From the NCBI GenBank assembly GCA_035221665.1, contig CM069134.1:19406001-19470000 (forward strand): a stretch of DNA of 64,000 nt, read 5' to 3'. Under the pieces are notes generated by a model, which saw nothing but the letters and a program-made list of their open reading frames with translations, had not been told where the DNA came from and made no database searches. This stretch comes from Okamejei kenojei. Lineage: Eukaryota. Positions 51,786 to 63,245 of the stretch are shown piece by piece (position 1 is the stretch's first letter; every line of letters starts with the position of its first letter). The translations under genes and the position numbers were made by a program.

Positions 51786-52899
51786 TATATACTGTAAATG
51801 GTTCCATTGTAATCATGTATTGTCTTTCCGCTGACTGGTTCACACACAACAAAAAGCTTTTCACTGTACCTCGGCACATGAGACAATAAACTCAAGATTG
51901 GGGCTGGAGGCTGGCTACTTGATTCCGTTTGCAGCCTGGTTTTGAGTAGACTTACGATTCAAATGTCACATCTTGCCTTAATGTAATACACCTATAAAAT
52001 GAGTTAAAATGCAGTGCTTCCCCACATATCACTTAAAAGCAAACATGAATACCCCACTTCCAGCTGCACATTAATTTCCAGGATGTGTGTTGTCACTGGC
52101 TGATACAGGAGGAACTCCAGCATGTAGTGCACTGGGGGCGTGTGTACTCTGGTTCTGTACACAGCTTGATGCAATCACACACAAATGTGTCCATGAAGAT
52201 GGAACATGTCAGCTCATACAGGGTAAGCAGCTCTCCCTCTTACTTTTGAAACCCTCCAAGACAGAGGACAGAAAGTCCTGGGAGGCTGTGCTGCTTTGAC
52301 CTTTCTGTCATGTCGACCAGCATGGAATCATTTGCAGATCCTCAGTTTGTTCAGCTGTGAAGATGGTTAATAATTCATCCTTTTCCTTAAGGACCCGGAT
52401 CACAGTGCTCCTGCTGTGAACCCTTGGAAGAAGCAGCATGAGAACCCCTCACTTTGCCCCCACGGAGCAGCCTCTAGATCTGGAGACGATCTCAGAGGAT
52501 TCCCAAGCAAAGTGCAAGTCTCTATGATTTACTCCTCTGCATCCAGCTTTTCTAGAGTTGATGCGTTGTACTTTGACTCTCTTTCATTTTCTGAACACCT
52601 CACAGGATGAAGAACCTTTTGATATTCTCCTGGAATTCTACCCACAACGGAGTTCGAACAAATCTTTATAGTTTGCCAATCTGTGTAGCCCCTCTTCAGT
52701 TCCTTGCTGTTTACTGTGGTTGTCAGTTTACCATTCATCTTCGTTCTCCCCCTGCCAGTGCCCTCATCTTCCCATGGGTGATAATCAGCCTGAAGGAGAC
52801 ACTGGTCAGGTTTGAAGACCAGTTTGATATCAGTGGGTTGGACCACAATGATTTGGTCTCGACTGAGCCATCTGGCCTTGTACAGATGAATTAACATGG

Positions 52900-53032
52900 T
52901 GTGCAAGAAGGAACTGCAGATGCTAGTTTAAACCAAGGATAGAAACAAAATGCTGGAGTAACCCAGCGGGATAGTCAGCGTCTCTGGAGAGAAGGAATGG
53001 GTGATGTTTCGGGTTGAGACCCTTCTTCAGAC
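52900..53032 (-). mobile_element. Solo pLTR-derived element
   Basis: gaaggaactgcagatgct...gtttcgggttgagacccttcttcagac. Confidence 0.85.
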
Positions 53033-53058
53033 ATGCTTCTCCATTCACAAGGTTGTTG

Positions 53059-53257
53059 AAGACAAGACACACGGCATCTTTTACTCCTTCCATCAGTAGC
53101 ACGAGAGGTGACATCCGGGTTTGCTGGTTGCCCTGCCAGACCACCCATGACCACTGATGATGCAGTTGAAGTCACCCGTACTCACGGAGATCTCCACTGC
53201 AACGTCATGGAGAGCTGCTGGAAGACAGCAAGCTGTTTGTTACATAGAACATAGTAA
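53059..53257 (+). repeat. 199-bp dispersed direct duplication, copy 1
   Basis: Matches 56635-56833 with 6 substitutions by my count. Confidence 0.93.
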
Positions 53258-53699
53258 AGTATAACCCTGGAATGGGCCCTTCGGCCCACAATAGTTGCTC
53301 AGGTGCATAAAGCTTTGCATAGCCGCCTTGACCCTTGACTAAACTAAACTGAACTGAATCACGACACATCAAAAAGCATTTTTCCATCTGTGAACATTGA
53401 CTGAAGTGACCTTTATGTCCATTGTTTTGAAGATTTAAAGTTGCATTACCTCAGTTTATCATTCTGTACCAGCATGCCCAAGGCTTGCGTGAACGGTGGT
53501 GCTTGTTTTGGGCTGAGGTACATACTCTGACCACCACAAGGGGTGGGCTCCCCGTGTGATGAAGTCGATGGTATTTCTGAGGGGAGATAAGCTTTGTTCT
53601 CCATATCTGCTGTCTTCACTGCTGCTACTCCTTGTCACTACTCTCAGTCTCCATGTATTAGGCCATTCTGGGCACAGGACTACTCAGTGTCGCATGGAA

Positions 53700-55230
53700 C
53701 TTTAATTTATTTCAAAGTAAACTTTATTCATTTAAATATGTACAAAACATTTTTTTAAACCGCATAGCTTTCTTTGCATTCTCATCACATGAGTCATCTG
53801 CTCTTTACAATCGTAGCATTATTGATTCTATACATTTGTAGTGTTAGCACATTCCGTTAAGTTTAGTTCAGTTCAGTTTAGTTCCGAGGTACAGTTCAGA
53901 AACAGGTCCTTCAGCCCATCGAATCTATGCCGACCAACCATTCCCACACACTAACGCCATGCTAGTCACACTAGGGACAGTTTACAATTATACCAAGCCA
54001 ATTAGCGTACAAACTTGCCTTTGGAATGTGGGAGGAAACCGGAGATCCCAGAGAAAACCCACGCAGGTCACGGGGAGAACGTACAAACACCATACAGACA
54101 GCAGCCGTAGTCAGGGATCAAACCCGGGTCTCTGGCGCTGTGAGGCAGCAACTCTACCGCTGCGACACTGTGCCGCCCCGAGCCTCATTACCATTTATGT
54201 GGGCTCCTAGGTTGAAACCATGTCAGGTGTTTGGGAGACTTCAACAAGGGGCTTAGCTTTTAAACATCTAGTGGCAGAAGGATCCAGATGCAGTCCTACA
54301 TGACAAAGCCTTTGTGTTGACTGCACCAAGCGTCAGTCATCCCTCAGCACATACTTCAGTAGCCTGGAATGGCCCATGTGGCAGCCATTCTTTAAGGACA
54401 TCATGTGAGGCTGGAAAACCAACAAATTTCAGGGACACCAAAGTCACCAAGTTGATGATCTTCGAGCAGCACTTAAAGTTATCTAAGATCATGTCCTTGG
54501 ATTCTACACCCAACTTGATGAAGCTACACGCAAAGGTGGCGATCAGGATTAGGGCGGTATGTGATGTGCTTTCCCCCATCCCCCTCTGGCTTCTGGGGAC
54601 GTGCATTATGGCCTGATGACCACCTTGACCATCTTAGATCCCCATATGGTATGGAGAATGACTCAGTGACTGCCACAGCAGAGGAGAGGGGCCCAGGCCA
54701 TACCATCGGCAAGTACAGCAACTCCAAGAGCACCTTGAACCTGGTTCTTACCAGTCATCAAGATGGAACACTGCTCCTGCATCTACACCTCAGTAAGAAT
54801 TTCATTGTTCTATCTGGAATATATGACAATAAAACACTCTTGACTCTTGGCCTATCCGCTCTAGTCAATGGATTCAGCTTGAGCTGGAGTGCAGGCCCTC
54901 CTTTTAGCTCATATTCAATAAATTGAACGTCTGGTTGTTGTTTTCTACACCATCTGGGTGTCATTTTAATAATAAAATGATCCAAATCGTTCTCAGTATT
55001 CAGGGTGGAATAAAAGCAGACACAATATGTCCTCCACAGGTTTGTTTGGGAACTATTCTACTGGCTCCACTTTCCAAGATCATGTTATCTTCCTTCACAG
55101 CTGTGCAGACCACTTGACTGCCTTTAACTATCTCTGCTTGCATTAACGTGAAAGCAATGAAAATGATCACCTGGCATTTCCACTGATGGTCTCCTGAGCT
55201 CTGGCTGTAACTCTGGCAAGAAAGCACAGG
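53700..55230 (-). mobile_element. Degenerate L1/Tx1-like LINE relic, interrupted by a SINE
   Basis: ALILIATFACSFIKL (ORF 54337-54606) resembles a Tx1-clade ORF2 C-terminal motif. There is an AATAAA/A-rich 3' end on the minus strand near 53700-53730. Boundaries are rough. Confidence 0.5.
53860..54180 (-). mobile_element. HE1/V-SINE-like SINE, full length
   Basis: (gttta/gttca)n tail, reverse V core, reverse tRNA head. Confidence 0.88.
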
Positions 55231-55684
55231 GGTTGCACTTTAAAAGGCAGTTTACCCTCTAACCGCAGGATTTTAGCTGGACTTTGACTGAAGTCATGGT
55301 GGGAGATTAGAAGTGCTCTCTCAAAGTTCAGCTGCTTGGGAGGATGACAGTGGGTGGGGGATGGGGACTGCTCAGTGCATGAGTCAAGGCAGCAACTGCA
55401 TAAAGAATTTTTATTTTGGTGGAGTGTGATTGGATGGAAAGTAGAAACAGTGATTAAAGAGATAGGTAGAAAGTAAGCAATTAGAAGGGAAAATGAGACT
55501 TAAAAATGATTTAACTAGCATAACATTTAGAGATAACGCTACAGATTTTTAAATGATGGTTATTTTTAATGATGTTTGAACTTACCAACTTAGTTCTGCG
55601 TTGCTGAACAATGCCGACTTTTGCCAGCATTTCTGGTCAAATCATTTGTGTTCAGTTTTTGATACCGAATCCAGTATCATGGTG

Positions 55685-55940
55685 AAGATAGACACATAAA
55701 AGGCTGGAGTAACTCAGCGGGACAGGGCAGCATCTCTGGAGAGAAGGAATGGGTGACATATAAAATAGAAAATAGGGAAGGTGGAGGCCGTTTGGCCCTT
55801 CGAGCCTGCACCGCACGTTTTGGGGCGAGACCCTTCATCCATTCCTTCTCTCCAGAGATTTTGCCTGTCCCGCTGAGTTACTCCAGCTTTTTGTGCCTAT
55901 CTTCGGTTTAAACCAGCATCTGCAGTTCCTTTCGGCACAC
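55685..55940. mobile_element. Fold-back pLTR element with a CR1-tail fragment in its loop
   Basis: Inverted arms; the inner atagaaaataggg...ggcccttcgagcctgcaccgc is a CR1 tail; flanked by ccagtatcatggtga / ccagtattatagtga. Confidence 0.82.
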
Positions 55941-56345
55941 CCAGTATTATAGTGACAGACTAAGTCCAGCTACTGTACTGGACCCATGTTGCGACAAAGC
56001 CCTGCCCAGAGGTACTCTACCCCTGTTATAATGACAGAGCCATTGCCAGAGGCAATGTTACAGTGTTACAGTGACAAACCTATGCTCAGATGGACAATAA
56101 CCATGATACCCACCAGTACTGTAATCAGGTTATAATTGCATACCTGTATCCAGAGCTGCTGTAACCATGTTATCGTGACAGACCTGTATCCAGAAGCACT
56201 GAAACCATATTATATAGTGACATACCTGTGTCCAGAGGGACTTTAACCGTTATAATGACAGACCTGTGTCCAACAATACCGTACTCACGTTGTAATAGCA
56301 GATTCCTGTACAACAGCATGATGCCCTGGGTCTACAACAGACTTG
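55941..56345. repeat. Degenerate ~39-40 bp minisatellite (gttatagtgacagacctgtatccaga...)
   Basis: About 10 diverged units sharing tgacagacctgt.tccaga. Confidence 0.8.
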
Positions 56346-56417
56346 AATCCGGACGCATACACAAAAAAATAAGAGTGGGCTTAAAACAGGGATGACTGGT
56401 CGCAAGCGATGTCTGGT

Positions 56418-56562
56418 GGGGTGGGAGATTGCAAACTTCACGTGGTCCACCCAGTTTCGACTAATGCAATCAACCCGACAAATAAACAATCAAATAGGTC
56501 AAATAGAACAAGTTGTCCTACAACTTTATGCTGTGCACGCCACACGCAAGAAGAAGAAGAGG
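56418..56562 (+). mobile_element. Short retroposon insertion with (AAG)n tail and 14-bp target-site duplication
   Basis: aagcgatgtctggt at 56404-56417 and 56563-56576; the insert ends cgccacacgc-aagaagaagaag, an RTE-like tail (clade inferred). Confidence 0.75.
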
Positions 56563-56634
56563 AAGCGATGTCTGGTCAGCTTATCTATGTCCGAGCGCCA
56601 AACACAGTCTCTTTCTTCCAGTCACATCTTGTCC

Positions 56635-56833
56635 AAGACAAGACACACGGCATCTTTTACTCCTTCCATCAGTAGCACAAGAGGTGACATCTGGGTTTGC
56701 TGGTGGCCCTGCCAGACCATCCATGAGCACTGATGATGCAGTTGAAGTCACCCGTACTCACGGAGATCTCCACTGCAACGTCGTGGAGAGCTGCTGGAAG
56801 ACAGCAAGCTGTTTGTTACATAGAACATAGTAA
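56635..56833 (+). repeat. 199-bp dispersed direct duplication, copy 2
   Basis: Matches 53059-53257. Confidence 0.93.
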
Positions 56834-56849
56834 GAGCGTCTGTTCGCTG

Positions 56850-57030
56850 CCTAATCTAGTCCCTGCTACCTAGTCCAGTCTGGGTCTGGTGCCACACTAT
56901 CTGTTCTCTACTGCTTGGTCCAGTCTGGGTCTGGTGCCACACCATATGGTCTCTGGTACCTGATCCAGTCCGGGTCTGATGCCACACTATCTGGTCCCTG
57001 CTGCCAACTGGTCCAGCCTGGTTCTTGGAT
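56850..57030. repeat. Degenerate ~45-bp minisatellite (tccagtctgggtctggtgccacactatctg...)
   Basis: About 4 units visible. Confidence 0.8.
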
Positions 57031-57521
57031 TCTGGGTCATCAAACTACCAGAACAATCTCCTTGACGTACTCACCAATCTATCTGTGTTAGATTAACTGC
57101 TCATGGTAAAATGATTAGTCACCTTGTGGAAACCTTGTAAAGTCCCATCTCCATGTGAGGAGTTCAGGAGCACCGGAATACTGCCTCCTCCAAGTCCCAC
57201 TTCACCCTAACTTGGAAATATACAGTATTGCCATTCACTTGTCATTTCTAGGTCTAAATCCTGAAACTGCCTGCCTGATGAATTATAGAGTGCCTTTGCC
57301 AAAAGATCTGCAATCGTTCAAGAAGACACCACTACCTCCTCAAAGATAATTAAGAGATTGACGATAAATGCTGGACAATAAATATCCCATGTGCTGGATC
57401 CTGCATCGTGGATCTTGGGATTAGACCCAGCGTAGGCTAGACTCAGGGAACATGACCATGACATGGCAGGGCTCCAGGAACTGGGCCCAATGCTGGGAGA
57501 TCCCACTGACCAGACCCAAAG

Positions 57522-57830
57522 AGGCACGGTGGCGCAGCAGTAGAGTTGCTGCCTTACAGCGCCAGAGACCCGGGTTCAATCCTGACTACAGATGCTGTCT
57601 GTACGGAGTTTGTACGTTCTTCCTGTGACTGCGTGGGTTTTCTTCGGGTGCTCCGGTTTCCTCCCACACTTCAAAGACGTACAGGTTTCTAGGTTAATTG
57701 GCTTCTGTAAATTGTAAATTGTCAATAGTCCCTAGAGTGTGGGATTGTTGTAGTGTACAGGGTGATCGCTGGTCAGCGAGGACCCGCTGGGCCGAAGGAC
57801 CTGTTTCCATGCTGTATGTCTAAAGTCTAA
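57522..57830 (+). mobile_element. HE1/V-SINE-like SINE, full length
   Basis: A box tggcgcagcagtag, B box ggttcaatcc, V core, tail gggccgaaggacctgtttccatgctgtatgtctaaa. Confidence 0.9.
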
Positions 57831-57904
57831 TGTCGGAATGATCCACAGTGTCCAACATAGTGATGGGTGAGCCCCCAGTGACGAATCCCAGTGTCGTAAG
57901 ATGA

Positions 57905-58026
57905 AAATGCAGATGCTGGCTTAACCCGAAGATAGACACAAAATGCTGGAGTAATTCAACGGGACAGGCAGCATCTCTGGAGGGAAGGAATGGGTGATGT
58001 TTTGGGTCAAGACCCTTCTTCAGACC
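57905..58026 (-). mobile_element. Solo pLTR-derived element
   Basis: tgcagatgctgg...gggtcaagacccttcttcagac. Confidence 0.82.
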
Positions 58027-58614
58027 TTACCCAGTAGTGTTGGTTCATCCTCAGTGACCAGACCCAGTCTGAGGTGACTCCCCTCAGTGACTAGAGCCAA
58101 TGTTATAAGTCCCAGAGAGATCGGGGAAGTCGAGTCCTACCTGTGACAGCAACTGCAGCCTGCACCATGTTCCTGAGCACACACTCTGATGGGAGCCACA
58201 TCCCCACAACCTCCACTTCTGTGAGGGTTGGTGACCTGTACCACGGCCACAAGGACAGCTGATTTTTCCACCAAGTGTGTAATTTATTGCTGGATGGAAT
58301 CTTTGGTAACCCTTGTCAGGCTGATTCTAGGATGGATGACCAGGCCAACACATCTAGCCTATTCATTGTTCATTAGTTATGCTAATATGCATTTTTTCAA
58401 TTTTTCCTCAAATAAATGGAAGTATGTAGGGTTTTGTAATCTATGATGATCATTTCTGGTGCTGTGTAGTTTTCATTTTTGTTCAGGTGATATGAAGCCA
58501 GAAAATCTAATCAACTCTTCTTACATTTGAGGAGAACACAATGGCCTCAAATTGCATCAGGCAGTATTGGCATCTGACTAATAGTTGCTCAAAGTCCATA
58601 TTCCTACTTACTTT

Positions 58615-58803
58615 GTTTAAGAAGGAACTGCAGATGCAGGAAAATCGAAGGTAGACAAAGGTGCTGGAGAAACTCAGCGGGTGCGGCAGCATCTATGGAG
58701 CGAAGGAAATAGGCAATGTTTCGGGCCGAAACCCGTTGCCTATTTCCTTCGCTCCATAGATGCTGCCGCACCCGCTGAGTTTCTCCAGCACTTTTGTCTA
58801 CCT
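58615..58803. mobile_element. Young fold-back pLTR element
   Basis: About 70-bp near-perfect inverted arms around tttcgggccgaaa. Confidence 0.9.
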
Positions 58804-58812
58804 TCCTACTTA

Positions 58813-59146
58813 TAGCCCTGTCCCACGGTACGAGTTCATTCCAAGAGCTCTCTCGAGTTTAAAACAATTAAAACTCGTGGTAAGCACGGAGAATGAACGT
58901 AGCGGGTACGTCGGAGCTCGGGGACGTCCCTTAGCGGCTCGTAACGCTAATGGCAGGTACTCGGGAAGACACACTAACTGCAGGTAATCACGGGAAGACT
59001 CGTGAGGATTTTTCAACATGTTGAAAAATGTCCACGAGAGCCCCGAGTACAGACGAGTGGCCATCACCGTAAATCTCCGAGTTCGGTAAACTCAGGGCAA
59101 ACTCGGGAGAGCTCTTGGAATGAACTCGTACTGTGGGACAGGGCTT
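58813..59146. mobile_element. MITE with ~47-bp terminal inverted repeats (Harbinger-like)
   Basis: AGCCCTGTCCCACGGTACGAGTTCATTCCAAGAGCTCTCTCGAGTTT / AAACTCGGGAGAGCTCTTGGAATGAACTCGTACTGTGGGACAGGGCT; inserted after TTA. Confidence 0.9.
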
Positions 59147-59152
59147 TTTCTT

Positions 59153-59375
59153 TGTTCAGGAAGGAACTGCAGATACTGGTTTACACCGAAGATAGACACA
59201 AAATGCTGGAGTAACTGAGCGGGTCAGGCAGCATCTCCGGAGAGAAGTAATTGGTGACATTTTGGGTTGATACCCTTCTTCAGGCTAGAAGGGTCTCGAT
59301 CCGAAACGTCACCCATTCCTTCTCTCCAGAGATGCATCCTGTCCTGTTGAGTTTCTCCGGCATTTTGTGTCTATC
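59153..59375. mobile_element. Fold-back pLTR element
   Basis: Two inverted pLTR units joined at cttcaggctagaaggg. Confidence 0.88.
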
Positions 59376-60429
59376 ATTCCTACTTACTTTAAATGCGATC
59401 TCTTTCATTAAAACAATCAACAGAACACCACATACACGCAACAGGCAGAAATGGTCTCATCATCAGTAACTTTGAGACATATTGATTGTGAGACAGTGCC
59501 CTGAAACTGATATTTAAACAAACCGTGAAAGAGCTCTGTTCAGTAGGTTGATTGTCTCTCATCTTTATTTAATTACCAGACAAAGCATCCAATTGAATAC
59601 ACTACTGGTTGTTTGTACAAATTGTCTGGATTGCTCATGGATAAGAACTCAGACAGTTGCCTAAAAAGTTAGATAAACGCTCAGCTGTTGCCGAGCATTT
59701 TGAGATACACATTCTGCATTGTAACCTTCAGTAAGTGTTCTCTGCATCATCCATAAACACAGAAAAATGTTCCCATGGTGTATGGAATTAGGGATTCCTT
59801 TCTAGGAAGGCATGGCAGCTCTCTGCCTTGTAGGGAAACCCATGTCTCACCTTGTGTAATCTTGAGGGACTAAAGCTTCCGGGAATGACTTCAATGGATT
59901 AGTAGCAACCAATATTTGTTAGACATTGTAATGTTGCACCTCATTTTCGCCTGATTGTCACAAGGAAGGCAAGTGACTGATTGACTGTGAGGGAGACAGA
60001 CACATCAGCTCCCCAATTAATGCTTTAATTCTCGCCCACTGCGATTTTAGGCATGTCTATCAGAAGACTCAGACTCTACTCAATCAAAGTGGGGGGAGGT
60101 TTAACTAAATTTGTAAATTAAGGCTATACGTCATTTTCTAAAAAACTACCATCTCAGTTACATAATTTCAAAGAATGCTAATTATTAAAAAATTGCTGAT
60201 GCCAGAAATATGAAATAGAGTAATATAGTCATAGAATCATACAGCGCGGAAACAGGCCCTTCTACCCACACCGGCTATGTCCCAGCTATGCTAGTCCCAC
60301 CTGCCTGCGTTTGGCCCATATTCCTCCAAACTTGTCCAATCCATGTACCGAGTACTAAATGTGGCCGAGAAGTTTCTAGTCTTATCATCATCTGCCTCAT
60401 CTGCAAAGAGAAGAAATGCCAGGTTACTT

Positions 60430-61106
60430 AGAAGGTAGCAAAAATGCTGGAGAAACTCAGTGGGTGAGGTAGCATCTATGGAGCGAACGAACTAGACAAC
60501 GTTTCAGGTCGAGACCCTTCTTCAGATGCCTTAATTGTTCTAAACAAGAAGCCATCCAATTCACTACACAGTAAATCAAGGTCAAATGAAAAGAGTAGCA
60601 GCAACCACAGCACATAGCTTTTATCAACCTCACAAAAGCCTTTTACTCCATAAATTCAGAGGGATTATAGAAAATTATTCTCAAATTTAGTTATCCCGAG
60701 AAGTTCATGAAGGCCTGAAGAATGGTCCCGATCTGAACCGTCGCCTATCATTTTACTCCAGAGATGCTGCCTGACCCGTTGAGTTACTCCAGCACTTTGT
60801 GTCTATCTTAGGTTCATGACAATTCTGTCTGAGATAAATAATAATAACATACAAGCTGCAATCTTAACCAACAAGACTAACACACACTCAATCCCAATGC
60901 AAACGGGGTCAAGCAAAGATCTTCCCAATCTTCTTCACTATAATATAGCACTTCATCTCGAACAAACATCCAGTTGTGCAGTAAGGAACTGCAGATGCTG
61001 GGTAATACCAAAGATAGGTACAAAATGCTGGAGTAACTCAGCGGGTTGGCAGCATCTCTGGATAGAAGGAATGGGTGATGTTTCGGGTTGAGACCCTTCT
61101 TCAGAC
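60430..61106. mobile_element. Three solo pLTR-derived elements (60430-60526 -, 60715-60810 +, 60978-61106 -)
   Basis: Each carries the tgctggag(t/a)aactcag...cttcttcag unit or its reverse complement. Confidence 0.8.
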
Positions 61107-61954
61107 TGCTGGATTGGAGTTAACCCAGAGGATGAATGGGAAGTTCGGCACTTTGTAACTAAAATCCTCCCCAAATTTCAACCATTTATCTACACCACTC
61201 AGATGATATTTGATAAATGCATCTCATCATGTTGCTCCTCATAATGTAACTGCTGGGAAGGGCTGACATTTAGGCTATGCAGTTTTGTGTCCCCTGGATC
61301 CTGAATGTTGCAGACTTTTCTTCAGGCATGCGTGGTGACCAATATCACATTCTGTGGCAGCAGGATTCCCACGGCATACATAGCGTCACACCTGATAGTG
61401 AGCGGCACACCAGAGTTAATGTCAGGTGGTCATGGAAGGTCCGGTGGCTAATCTTCAGTTTATCATGGTGATTGCAATGTAGATTGCAATGGTGGACTGT
61501 TGCAGAATGAAGTGATCAGAATAGCTTCCAGGACACCAGGACGGACCTCCATGTGACACTGTCTTTCCCACACAGTCATAGCAAGGAAGTGGAATTTTCT
61601 TTTGGGTTCAGATACAGACGTAAACAATTAATTCACTGTCATAGAGTCATGCAACACAGAGACAGGCTCTCCGGCCTAACTCATTCATGTCAACCAAGAT
61701 GCCCAGTCTGAGCTACTCCCACCGTCTGTCGATGTAGTTGCAATGTCAGCATTTATTAACCAGCTACTATTTATTGAGAAGGCTGATAAGAGTGAATCAC
61801 GTTGATGGGCCAGGAATTATATATTGATCAGAATAGGTGGGGATGTCAAATGTCCTTGATCATTGATCAATAGACAGGGTCTTGTTTCCATTTGAATTCT
61901 AGGTCCACAACTCCAGCTGATAGTGATGTAACTTAATACCCTCTTGTCCTTTGC

Positions 61955-62245
61955 ATCATGCCTGGCTCAGTAACCCAACACCCAGGAATGAAGGAGGCTG
62001 CAGAAAGTGGTAGACACTTCCTGGTTCATCACGGGTACTGACCTTCACCCCATCAAAGGGATCTACAGGAGGCATTAACTCAAAAAAAGGCAGCAAAGAT
62101 CATAAAAGACACACATCGCCCTGGCCATGCTCTCATCTGGCTACTGCCATGGGGAGGACGATACAGGAGCTTGAAGACCGTAACCTCCAGATTCAAGAAC
62201 AACTTCTTCCCAGCAACCAACAAGGCTCTTGAACACTGCACAACT
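61955..62245 (+). mobile_element. Rex1/Babar-type LINE 3' fragment, degenerate
   Basis: gcagcaaagatcataaaagacacacatcgccctggccatgctctc...ctactgccatggggaggacgatacaggagc corresponds to the 'A.KIIKD..HPGH.L..LLP.GRRYRS' motif. Confidence 0.72.
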
Positions 62246-63079
62246 CTGATCTACCTTGGCCTTGATTGCACTATAGACCTCATTTTTTTCACTATTATGG
62301 TCTGATTTTAAGTAGTATTCAGTCTACTTATGCATATACTAAATATGCAAATTTCAAGTCCAACCCACTGCAGATGTGCATGTATTTAGTTTAACTACTG
62401 TCAATTCCAGAAAACACACTCTGGAGAGATATAGCTAACGCACTGATGTTTGGTGAATAATATGTCTGAAGAAGGGTCAAAACCTGCATGTTATCTGTCT
62501 ACCTCTTCCATGGGATGCTGCCATTGAGTTCCTCAAACACTCTTCTCTTTGATTCATATGTTAATCAGGTTCCATTTGTCAAACATTTTCAATCAATACA
62601 ATTTATGGTTAGCTGTCTGGGTTTGCCAACAGTCAGAAATCTGAGCAATTAAAGAGAAACAAGAGTAGACAGACACAAGAGGTCAAGGTCCAAATGACCA
62701 CGCAAACAGGAATTGTTCCTTGACCCGTTAAACAAATCTTCCACCCCAGTCTGTCTCTCTGTCCAGTTTCTGCCCATCAACCCCGCATTTAGATTTCCAC
62801 ATTGCTCTCTCCTCTTCACAGCTATGTTTAGAAATCTATTTGCTACCCACCATGCCACAACCTTTTCCAATTACCATTGACCCAGCAAACACCAGCTGCA
62901 GCCCCAGTCACTAGCCTTTCTGTCTATTAGCCAGCCAACCTCAGTCTGGCTGGGTAAGGAGCAGTAAGTGAAACCCAAAACTACCTTGTTATTGAATTTC
63001 ACTGCGTGTCTAATGTGACAGCACTTCCACAGACATCGCTGGAGGTGTACATCAACAATTTCCTCTAGCCTCCTACAGC

Positions 63080-63245
63080 CAATAGACAATAGGTGCAGGA
63101 GTAGGCCATTCAGCCCTTCGAAGAAGGGTCTCGACCTGAAATGTCACCTATTCCTTCGCTCTATAGATGCTGCCTCACCCGCTGAGTTTCTCCAGCATTT
63201 TTATCTACCTTCGATTGTTCCAGCATCTGCAGTTCCTTCTTAAAC
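63080..63245. mobile_element. CR1 tail fragment fused to a plus-strand pLTR element
   Basis: caatagacaataggtgcaggagtaggccattcagcccttcg followed by aagaagggtctcgacctgaaatgtcacc...ctgcagttccttcttaaac. Confidence 0.8.

Noticed and set aside
52250-52900. Possible exon(s) of a neighbouring gene
   Set aside because: No consistent splice-flanked frame; it more likely belongs to a decayed LINE, but I cannot classify it.
58640-58803. Pre-miRNA or independent MITE calls for the long hairpins
   Set aside because: The arms are inverted copies of the Penelope terminal-repeat unit found throughout the window.
61250-63080. Additional old RTE-like fragments (61250-61600, 62650-63080)
   Set aside because: Only faint motif similarity; boundaries and clade cannot be supported by eye.
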